This document shows, one piece after another, positions 36,224 through 46,237 of a stretch of DNA of 64,000 nt. Source of the stretch: Marsupella aquatica. Taxonomy: Eukaryota; Plantae; Marchantiophyta. The notes under the pieces are model-generated. The model was not told the origin of the DNA. It did no database searches and worked only from the letters and a program-made list of their open reading frames with translations. The stretch covers positions 12,986,937-13,050,936 of the forward strand of contig OZ316891.1 of the NCBI GenBank assembly GCA_973895155.1. Direction: 5' to 3'. Position 1 is the stretch's first letter, and each line of letters begins with the position of its first letter. The position numbers and the translations under genes are program-made.

Positions 36224-36348
36224 TATGCATGCGAGTGTCTCTCTATTAAAGTGGCAATATTTTATGCATGCATGCATAAGTGTGTCTATCTATTAAAGTG
36301 GTAGCCAAGTGGGCTGGAGCAGCAAGTGGGCAGTAAATGGCATGCAAG
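36224..36348 (+). promoter_or_regulatory. Cluster of RY (CATGCA) motifs in a ~50-bp duplication upstream of the bZIP
   Basis: ATGCATGC at about 36225, ATGCATGCATGCAT at 36264-36277 and GCATGCA at about 36340. The unit ..GTGTCT.TCTATTAAAGTGG is duplicated. Confidence 0.35.
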
Positions 36349-37545
36349 AGTCTCCCATTGCCATAAAGGCACTTCAAGGAACTCGTTGAATTGTTGACTC
36401 GTCATGGGAGTGTTCCATTTTCTCCGCACTACCCTATGCTTTTCCTCGTTCTTTCGTCGGCCGCCGCTCGTGCTCTCTCCAGCTCGAATTACTCACTTCT
36501 CTCCCTGATGACTCGGGTGCGGGGCTGCGAGAATCCCCACAGTCCCCTCCAGGCTCCATCAGAGAATGCGAGGACGACGGTGCTGTTCCGGACTCCGAAG
36601 ATGATTCTCCATGTGCGGCGCTTTTGCCAACTGTAAAGGCCTCGCCGCAACTGCAGGAGGGAGGCAGGGCATTCGAACGCTCGCACTTTTTGCTGCCCCC
36701 CCCGTGCTCGTCCTCCTCCGAGAAACGAGCTAGCAAGAGCTCTGCTTCGTACTGCCCCGTTCATCATCTCTCTACTCCAGTTCGGCCGCTTCGCCACCAC
36801 AATTTCCCATCCTCTCTCTGTTGTGAGGCAGCTGCTCTCCCTCTGCAATCCGTGGGCGTTTTTTTTCTTCCAATTTGATTGACTCCGTCTGGTCTCTCTG
36901 CTCTGCTGCCCTTGGGGCTGCCCCATCATCGGAATTTGTCGGAAATGGTCACATTGTAGATAGAAGTTTTGCCACTCTGGAAACCGACTGGCGATAATCT
37001 GGAAAACTGAAGAGCGAGGCGCTTACTACTACTTAGGGGTGATTTCAGCCGTTCTTGCTGCTGCTACTGCTTGTGGTAGGTGTGGTAGGGGAACAGACGA
37101 GATGCGCATTTTTCCCGAGTGAGAATAGCCTTGAATCGATATGTGTACGAGCGCAGGTTGTGTAGTGTAAACAGTAGGTGAGGTGTGATGTGGAAGAGCG
37201 AAAGAGAGGTGGTGGACCGATCATCCGCACTAGAGAGAGAGAAGAAGACAAGAAGCACTGGCGATGGGGAAGCTGCTTCCTGGTCGTCCCTTGCATTTCA
37301 GGAGAAGGTGCGATGTGATCGATCAGTAACTCCTCCTCCTGCGGCAGCTTTCTTGTGACAGATTGGAGAGTAGTATGTGAAGGATGTCGAATCGGGGTTT
37401 TTGCTGATGCGAATTTCGGAGAACAAGAGTGAAGAATTTGGGAAGAAGGGACAAGGAGGGAGTCCAAGCGTGAGAATTGCAGGGATTGAGCAGCAACGGA
37501 TTGGAGTTTTGTGGCAAGGATTGATCGATCCTGGCGCCCCCAGAG

Positions 37546-37553
37546 TATAAATA
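37546..37553 (+). promoter_or_regulatory. Candidate TATA box of the ABI5-like gene
   Basis: TATAAATA about 30 bp before the GA-repeat leader and about 200 bp before the ATG. Confidence 0.5.
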
Positions 37554-37581
37554 GAACGAGATGAGGTCGGGCTGATAGATC

Positions 37582-37610
37582 AGAGAGAGAGAGAGAGAGG
37601 TAGATAGACA

Positions 37611-37662
<52 letters not shown>

Positions 37663-37706
37663 GATAGACAGAGAGAGAGAGACAGAGAGAGAGAAAGAGA
37701 GAGAGA
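37582..37706 (+). repeat. (GA)n microsatellite with an internal 60-bp duplication
   Basis: (GA)nGGTAGATAGACAGAGAGAGAGAGACAGAGAGA is repeated at a 60-bp period. Confidence 0.9.
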
Positions 37707-37754
37707 CGGTGTAAGAAGTGGAGGACGACCAACCTACCCTGGGCTTAGAAGATT

Positions 37755-39934
37755 ATGCTGATGGCTACTTCTAATGGGGGCGGCGGTAGTGGACTTGGCA
37801 CGCGTAGTAGTAGCGGCCCCTTCACACCGATTGCGCGGCAGACGTCGATTTACTCGCTCACGCTAGATGAATTGCAGAATACCTACGAGGGCAAAAATTT
37901 TGGGTCTATGAACATGGATGAATTTTTGAAGAACATCTGGACTACCGAGGAGAGCCAAGCTATGGCTTCCGCCTTGGCCAGCACCAATGAGTCCAACAAT
38001 GCCCAACCGTCCGGCAGTGTTGCTTCGGGAGGGCTTGCTCGTCAGGGTAGCTTGTCGCGCCAGGTCTCAATGCCCGGAGCCCTGAGCCGGAAGACTGTAG
38101 ACGAGGTGTGGAAGGACATTCAACGGGGATCCCAAGTAAAACCTAAGGAGCTGCAACCCCAACAAACAAATTACGGAGAGATGACACTCGAAGATTTTCT
38201 AGTAAAAGCAGGTGTTGTCAGGGAGGAGAGTGAAGTGACCGAAGCCGCCACATCTGGTGCTCCTGCTCACGGTCCCAGTCGTGCCGCTGGTACCTTTCCT
38301 TTCGGACCAGGAAGTGTGACCGGGGGGCCTTTTCAAGGAGCTACCTCGTTGGCTCGTGCTGCGACCCACCAGGCCACCATGGAGGCAATTGCAGCGCAGC
38401 AACAAACGTGGCTCAACTATCAGTTCAAGGCGACCTCAATGCAGCAACATCAATTTTTGCAACAACAAGCTGCAGGAGCTGCCGCTGCTGCTTTTGAGAA
38501 TGCAAAACGGGGTGGCCTACCTCTCGTAGCAATGCCTGGGACGTCTTCAGGAAGTGGCATGGACGGTTCTTCCGATGGAGGGCTAGGTCATGGGAATGGT
38601 TTGTCATTGTCACCGACAATTAACACCCAAGACAGTCCCTCGCGGGGTAAGAAGCGAACCCATCATGATGTTGTGGAGAAGACTGTCGAACGTCGCCAAA
38701 GACGAATGATAAAAAATCGGGAGTCTGCCGCTCGATCTCGAGCAAGAAAGCAGGTTTGCGATACCAGGACTCATTTTCGCTTTGCTCCCATTTGTTGCAG
38801 GTGCTGTTGGAGTCTTCCTACATGAAGTTTAGTGTCCTAGTTTTCTTGGAAGTACTGTAGGTAGTTACCACCACCTAAATCAATAATTTTTTCAAGGCAG
38901 CAAGAAATATCACACAGGACCGAAACTGAGGTTGTTCGTATGGCCACTGCAGTCCCCCAACGTGGTCTCAATGGTTGAATTACGTCTGCTTAGCTGCTCT
39001 CGTCTTGGCAACTCTCCTAAGAGCTATATCAGAAATGTTTGAAGGAAGTGCTCTGCATTTTTTTTCGTGAGTTTTGGTCAGCTGACGTTGCTGATAGGTC
39101 TGGTTCTTTTGTGGTCCTGTTCAGGCATACACTGTGGAGCTAGAAGCAGAAGTAACACAGCTGAAAGAGGAGAATACAAGACTCAAAACACAACAGGTAC
39201 AATTTTTACGAAGTTCAAGCTTGCAGCGTCGATTTACCAGTGTGTGGGGATGTGTGACGATTAAATTGTTGCATCAATTCACGTCATTCCGTTGTAGACC
39301 TTCTCGTGGTAGAGCTTCTAGGAAATAAGATCTTCACGAGGCTTCGGTTGTTCTCAGATATTGAGGAAATCATTTCAGCTTTTTGAAAGAGTGGCTCAAA
39401 GCACACTTTTCTAGAACTGTCCGGATTGTGGAGATGGGGGTTTTGTTTGTGTGAAGTGCGGAAGCTTGGAAGAGGAAGTGTGGGCTGACTGAAGACGAGC
39501 TGTTGAAGTTTTGTAATCATGAGGGTCATATAGATAGCCGAAGTGACTACTGCAAGACAAATTTCCAATGTTGCGGCTAGTTCTGTACAGCGAGTTGTCT
39601 AAATGTGTCGAGTTCTTTATTTTCCAGTGAACGACCATTTTTGAGTTATCCAAGCATATTTACTGAAAATAATTTTTGTTTGCAAGGGAAAAACAGTTTC
39701 AATGCGCAGTGCTTAAGAGGCTACCGAAATCAATCTATAAACCCATAGATACTCCATTGTAAATGTTGTCGTGAATTTATTGATTCTAATTTTACGGTAG
39801 ATGGAGTGCAGGGACGCAGAGAGCTTCTGACCGTTTTGAGATGTTATTTTCAGACGCTGGAGATGATGATCCCCATCACAGAGTCACCGGCACCAAAGAA
39901 AGTTCTTAGAAGGACAAAGACAAATCCTTGGTGA
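37755..39934 (+). CDS. ABI5: Group-A bZIP transcription factor, ABI5/ABF/AREB-like, ~383 aa
   Basis: Exons 37755-38753, 39125-39196 and 39854-39934 (all phase 0, GT-AG). C1 RQTSIYSLTLDELQ/NFGSMNMDEFLKNIW, C2 LSRKTVDEVWKDI, C3 GEMTLEDFLVKAGVV, bZIP ERRQRRMIKNRESAARSRARKQ|AYTVELEAE, C4 LRRTKTNPW*. A micro-exon in intron 2 cannot be excluded. Confidence 0.93.
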
Positions 39935-39973
39935 ACATTTGACATCATCTGACGAGAGAGAAAGAGAGAAACA

Positions 39974-40520
39974 ATGAGAAGGCCTTGAGACGATGTGATC
40001 GGAGGAGGTGCAGGTGGGTCAGTCTCTCACTTCCGAATGTGTCGGTTCTGGACGACAACAACTTCACGTACACCATATAGACATCCGAGTTCATCATGGT
40101 GGAGTTTTACGACCCGTAGACACTGCGAAAAGTTGGCTCCTGAGTATGAAAAGCCAGTAACGCTCTCAAAAGGGCATTATCTGCCGGTAACTCTCGCAAA
40201 GTTGGCTGCTAATGACAAAAATAGGAAACCTTGGAAGAATTTGGTGTCAAAGATTCCGCACTCCATTGTTCTTCAGGAACAAGGCCGGAGTCATCAGTGA
40301 CTACAAGGGACCCCGAGATGAGGCTGGAAGAAACTCTCCCATCCGTTGAGCTCACATCTGCTGCCCAAGCCAAGGACTTCCTTTCCGAAAATGAGGAGTT
40401 GGTCGTCATTAGAGAGTTTGAGACCTTGGAAGGCGAGGATTACGCTAACTTTGTCGAAGTGGCTGATGCACAGCACAGCGGCGACATCGTTTCTCACACC
40501 GTGGACGTTTCATATGTACT
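39974..40520 (+). pseudogene. PDI: Intronless, 3'-truncated protein disulfide isomerase (PDIL1-like) pseudogene
   Basis: Read across frames: VSVLDDNNFTYTI*TSEFIMVEFYDP*/HCEKLAPEYEK..VTLAK../EFGVK..FFRNKAGVISDYKGPRDEAG/SVELTSAAQAKDFLSENEELVVI..F..LEGEDYANFVEVA...SHTVD. This corresponds to the PDI a domain and the start of the b domain, with stops, frameshifts and a damaged WCGHC site. Confidence 0.88.
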
Positions 40521-41189
40521 TGAGAACGCCTTTGAGGGCTCCTTCTAATTTTGGAGGATTACAGCTTTGGTGTATTGACATCAGCAGTTTATACGCCTGT
40601 TCGCGATTTCTCAAAGCATGTTTTTCTTCTAACGAGGACTCTAACAAGTGATCTGGGTTTCATGGCAATGTTGGTGGATGATAATGGCCCATATTGTCAG
40701 TGCTAAGATAGGATCATGTGCAGAGTAAAATTTGTCTTACAGTACAATTTGGTGGGGTCTATATTCAGAGTTTGTTTACATAGCATTTGATATATGACAG
40801 GTTTGTGGATTGCGACATTAAGCTGGGCTTGATCTGTAAGGATCGGTGTTAGAGCTTGCAGTTGTCCAGACTGGCATACAATTTGAACATTCCTCGATAT
40901 CAATTTGGGCCCCCTTTTGTATTTTGCCTGTTCTCTTCTGTTGAGGTAATAGGAACTGAGGACGCTGCTTGCACACAGTTACTGTTTGGTACCCTTTCCA
41001 TCTCAGGAATGTTTCTTATGCATCAAAATTTCTTCGGGGAAGACTCGCGCGTGCTATCTTAACTTTTTCCCTCTCTTTTGCATCGCGACACTGCAATTGG
41101 GTACATGTATCACTATGTAGTTCTAGATCACAGAATCCCGATGTCGTGCTTGCCCTCTCATCTGATGGGATAAAGTAGAGTTGAACAGT

Positions 41190-41281
41190 AGATGAGTACT
41201 TTGTGGGGACTACAACCTGTTTGCATTTCTATTGAGACTGGACGCATCATGAGTACTTTGTGGGGGCCACAACCTGTTTGA
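41190..41281. repeat. Short dispersed duplication
   Basis: ATGAGTACTTTGTGGGG.C.ACAACCTGTTTG occurs twice, about 57 bp apart. Confidence 0.8.
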
Positions 41282-41971
41282 GACTCGAGGTAAGACAACA
41301 TGTGCTGTTGGGAGGTAGACCTTGTGCATAGTAAAGGGGGAAGCAACACCGGGGATGGCTTTAGGGTTTAGGGTACGAGGAAAATCACTGATGTGTGGCG
41401 AAAACTTAGCGTGGGTATTTGTTAGTTCTGGTTGTCAGGTTCTACTTCAAACGACTTCATTAAAGCAACAATACAAGAAGATAACAACCCCCAAAGTGAT
41501 CATTGATCAATGCCATAGCATATTTGCTCTGCTTACATTGTCGAACTTAATTTGGTAGTCACACCTCAATCTGTTATGATCATTTTCTCTGTTCTGTTTG
41601 TAGTGTTGTAGTCTTTTTTGGTCATGTTCGCTGTTCTATTCAAATGCCTTGCATTGGACCCCAAATGGCACCTAGCAATTCCTGGGTTTGTTCGTTACAA
41701 TCTTTCCAGCCATTTTCTCTATTAATTAAGACTGAGGGCCTAGAGCATACTGTACGAGTAAAGGCAACATGGCTAATCAGGGCCCTAAAAAATCTCTCAT
41801 TGTATGAGTGGAGATCTCTAAAGAGCGAGAGAGAAAAAATGCAATTGGCCAATTTTGAGTAAACCCTCAAAATTCATAGAAAGCCCAAACATTCATAGAA
41901 ATCAAACAAAATGAGCTAACTTGCACCTTAACTTGTAACATCCATTTTGCAACGATGAATAAAACATCGTT

Positions 41972-42148
41972 GTTGGTGAGTGTAGTGGTGGCTTGCCCAC
42001 CACATGCTTGTCCCAACTTGCCTCTTGACCTTGAAACTAGTTAAACCTTGTGTTGACATTCGGTTGGTGAGTATAGTGGTGGCTTGCCCACCACATGCTT
42101 GTCCCAACTTGCCTCTTGACCTTGAAACTAGTTAAACCTTGTGTTGAC
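41972..42148. repeat. 91-bp tandem duplication
   Basis: GTTGGTGAGT.TAGTGGTGGCTTGCCCACC...CCTTGTGTTGAC at 41972 and 42063, with one mismatch. Confidence 0.92.
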
Positions 42149-43249
42149 GCGGAATGTTGGGGTAAACTCTCTTTGGCTATACTCTTTATTGCTTGCGACC
42201 ACTCCCATACAAAGTTGTACTCGTCCTTGTCAGCACGACCGTCCCTACTATCAACACAAACAATCAACCAATCTATAAGTAACCCGCCTTGATCTCAAAA
42301 CTCTCAAGACCATTGCATTGTCTTTCATCAAGCTCAATAGTCATTAGTAAAAAGGTTAATGGATAGAGCCTCCCAGGCCCACATGGCCTTGCCATAAGTG
42401 GAAGCTATGGTTAGCACCCACTTTTCATACAGAACAACCACTCTACCGGGTGTTGCCCAAGCTTCCTCACTTTTCACTTTCTACTCATCAATGGCTGATC
42501 ACCCTACCTCAAGGCATGCCCATGGCCCAATAGCGAGTTTGTCACAAACTTGTAGTAACACATTAGGACCATGCAATTCCTAGCTCTTGGCCACTTCTCT
42601 ATGAAATCATGTTCAACTCAAGCTTTTCCCTATGCATTGGGTTTAGATCTCAATGACAGCCCTCAAAGTCTACTTGGTTCTACCTCCCCAACATCAGGTC
42701 CTTATGGGAACCAAATGCGGTTTGGTTATTGTTTGACTTAATTTGGATCCGCAAGAGAAATTTCCCCTATTGCAAGCCTCACAACAAAACCCCATCCAAT
42801 GCACAATTAGAGAACACCATGAAATAACTTTTTTATTAGCTTTCCAACGAGCCCAAGCACTCATCCAACAGAGATTGGGTTGTCAAGTCATACATGTTTT
42901 TGCCCTAAAACTTGAAATGATGTATCTTTGCCAATCACGATCAGCTTAAGCTCAAACTCAAGAGTACCACTCCCCTCATATATGCTTTGGGAGAGCTGCC
43001 ACCACTGTACCAACTTTGATATATCTCCTATCTTTGGCCCCCGAGGGTCCATGGGCCCCTCCACTTAGCTCAAAATGAGGACATTCAACAAGCCTCCCCA
43101 ACTTGGCCTCAACCAAAAATTGTGGCATTGGAAGCTATAAGTCAAGGCCTAATAACCCACTCTGGTTCAAACAACCCCCTTGATCCAAGCGTGTTCCTTG
43201 ATGCGATGTGACTTCTGCCGAGTTTGCATTGCTTTAGACCCTGGGGTGT

Positions 43250-43720
43250 GTTGGCCAAAAATTATGCGATCCCGTTGATTGGATTTATGTGGGGTTCCTT
43301 AGGCCTATTTGGTGACCCATCGGAGAAATAATTCATTTTTTGGTGATTGGCAATGGGCCTAAACTGCAATTATTAAATTTGAGTCTGTCATAACTTTAGA
43401 CCCCTAAGTACGTTAGCCAAAAAATATGTTGTCTCATGATTGGGCTCATGTGGGCTTGTTGGACCCCTATGGTGATCTATTGAAAAAATTATTCATTTTT
43501 TCATGATCAACCATAGGCCCAAACTACAAGTATAAAACAACAGATAAAATTTGAGTCGACCATCATTAAAACCGTTAGGTCTGTTGGCCAAGAAATAGGC
43601 AGCTGCATGATTAGGCTCATGTAGAGTTTCTGAGTTTCCTATGGTGATTAGTTGGGAACATAGTTTATTTTTCAATGATCGACAACGATCCGTTAAAACT
43701 ATCTTTGGGCATGCTTGTCT
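43250..43720. repeat. Old ~165-bp tandem repeat, about 3 units
   Basis: GGTGA.....AA..TT.ATTTTT...TGAT recurs at about 43311, 43471 and 43642. Confidence 0.6.
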
Positions 43721-44961
43721 CAAGTCCTAGATTGAATAACCGTTGTACTTGCTCTTACTAGCCTCCTCTTCTTTAGTCTCATTTCTAATGGTCATATTGG
43801 TAGCAAATCTTAGAGGGGATCAATGTTGGAGTTAGGCGCAATGTTGACGGAGTGATTATGAGTAGGTTAAAGTTGTATTTGCAACTGGTGTGATAGAATG
43901 ACCGATCAAACTATTTTGGTCAATCAATCATGGCAAAATGTCACAACTTCTTCCTCTTGTGATCAAAATATCAATCCATGGATTATAAACAATCAATGCG
44001 CCTTGACCTATCCCATGAGCCTCCACAAGTTTCACTCATATGCTCAAGTTGTTGTGACACTAATAAACAATTTCAAGCAACAATTGAAATTTCATAGCTT
44101 GCAAACACAACTCCAAAAATTGATTTTGGGTGATATTGTCACGCTCGCTTCACCCTAATTAAATCAATCGGCTTTCCTCAATCTACACTATGATTGAGCT
44201 GATTGGATTGTCTAGTCACACTCAACTTATTGCTCTCAACCTTGAAAAAATTAAAATCTTCTCTTCCAAAAAATGTCAAAAACTGAATCCTCTCAACTTC
44301 CTTCAAAGTTTCCAAAACAAAATAAAACTTATCACTCCTCCCTCAAGACTGGGAGACTGATGGGAGACTTTCCAAGCGGCTTATAACTTGCCCAAGAAGA
44401 GTCCATTCCATCAAGGGAGGTATATTGAAGGTCAAGCTTTGATGTTCAAAAACCTTTTAGAAACAAGAAGCGTGTCAATCAACAAACATATAAAGATATC
44501 ACAATCCATGGGAGCATCACTTCCATGTATTGGACAAAGAGGATGTAATATATACTGCCAAAGAACAAAAAACCCAAAGATAAGAGACCCATTAAAGGGG
44601 AGAAAACAAGAGAAAAACGAGTCTTTGGATAAAATTGAATCGAAACTCAGGATCCAATCCAAGAGAAAACTCGAATCCTGAGTAGCACAGTTTAAAAAAC
44701 CCACAGTGAGCAGCCAGAGTCAGGAGAAAATCACACAGGTGGATCAGGAAAACTGATGACATTTTATCTAGAAAAATAGTGAATGCCAAAGTAGCACTCT
44801 TATAAATCTCAGTCACTAAGTAACAAGTGTATCATATTTTTTGCCAAGGCTTCCATCCCCTCGTCTTCACTACAGTATATAATTAGATTGTCGGCAACAG
44901 TTTCTTGATGTCGATGGGGTAGCCTAATGATGTCATTCCTGTCAGGAAGAAAGATTATCCG

Positions 44962-45326
44962 TGTGTAACCATTTCTACTAGGTGCCACCATTTCCATAAC
45001 CCTATGCCCAGAAAGTCTTGCCCGAGAACCTTTTTCTGGGCAGTTATTAGGTATGATAATGACCGTTTGGACTGGGGTTCTAATCTAAAACACTTTCACA
45101 CCAAGCACAGAAAATTTTTCTCTGTTGGTCAGCATTTCTTCACTTTCTTCAGCATCTTCACTTTCTGATCACACGGTTAAGAGTTGTAACCCCAGACCAA
45201 ACCGTGATTATTTCGCAGGGGTTAAGAGTTTTAACCCCAGACCAAACCGTGATTATTCTTCACTTTCTGATCACATCACAGGGTTAACACTTGTAACCCC
45301 ATACCAAACCGTGATTACCCTATACA
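44962..45326 (-). mobile_element. Copy C of the TSD-less interspersed family (possibly Helentron/HINE-like)
   Basis: Same termini as copy B. Hairpin TGCCCAGAAA/TTTCTGGGCA at 45005-45042. The arm at 45057-45079 is inverted against three copies of AACCCCA.ACCAAACCGTGATTA (45188, 45233, 45295). Confidence 0.65.
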
Positions 45327-46185
45327 TTGACGTCCCTCAACTCCTCAAGTCGTGATAGGACACACTTGGGAGCTTTTGTGTGATGATAAGCGATCGGCCA
45401 TTTCGTGGGCGAGAGCACAAAACCGAGAGAGAGGGGAGTCGAGAAATCAATCCCATCCCCATCGTCGGGATGGTCCGCACGAAGCCCTATTCTTGCCTGC
45501 CGTTGCCTTCAGATGCAGTGCAGTCCTGATCAGGATCGACGCTCATGAGACCAGAAGGGCAGTTCGAGCATGAAGATCGCCAAAGATATGGTACCCCATG
45601 GGTATGTCGCTTCACCTGCAGTCTGTTGGCTGTACATTCCGCGCGTCGAAAGAGGGGTGAATAGCTTGAGTCTGGCATCAGGACAGAGAGCCATACTGCG
45701 TGTCAAGCACTGTCTTGATGAACTAGTAGGTTGGATACACAACCACTCTTGTGAAGACTGATTTTGTTGATAAAATCGAATCGAAACTCAGGATAGGATA
45801 TAATCCAGGCTTATTATTTTCAAGACGGACAGATGTAGGTTTTGCATGACTCAAACCTGAAGGAGTGATAACTATGGCGCTTCCGATCTTGTACGTGTAA
45901 TGTTTGTGATTAGTCCAGTCTAGACCAATTGAAGTGACAAGGCCAGTTTTTCTATCGGATTGATCCAGAAGGTTTGGAACGGTATCCTGAATTGTGACAG
46001 GTCTTTCGGCACCGAAAGAGCGGAGATATATTTCGCACTGGACAGAAGAGAAGGCATGCCATCCTTCTTCAAATAATCTGTCGTTGGTTCTTTCGGTTGT
46101 GCTGGGTATGTGTGGTTGGCATGTCAGGTTAACGCATAGATCGATACCGTTCTCGCCTGTTCAACCCTCTCCTACCCACTCCTTG

Positions 46186-46237
46186 TCTACTCAACATGCA
46201 CCAGTACACTCCTGATCTACTCAACATGCACCAGTAC
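46186..46237. repeat. Short tandem duplication
   Basis: TCTACTCAACATGCACCAGTACA occurs twice. Confidence 0.85.

Noticed and set aside
37188-37358. 56-codon uORF upstream of the ABI5-like gene
   Set aside because: It lies upstream of the candidate TATA box and resembles no conserved-peptide uORF I know; it matters only if the TSS is further upstream.
38300-38315. TCGGACCAGG match to the start of miR166
   Set aside because: Only 10 nt, inside a coding exon, with no hairpin.
41359-41373. Telomere-like TTTAGGG repeats (also (TTAGC)4 at about 1762)
   Set aside because: Only two to four units, which is too short for an interstitial telomere.
41972-42148. tRNA-derived SINE (TAGTGG A-box-like motif)
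   Set aside because: No convincing GTTCRA B box, cloverleaf, tail or TSD.
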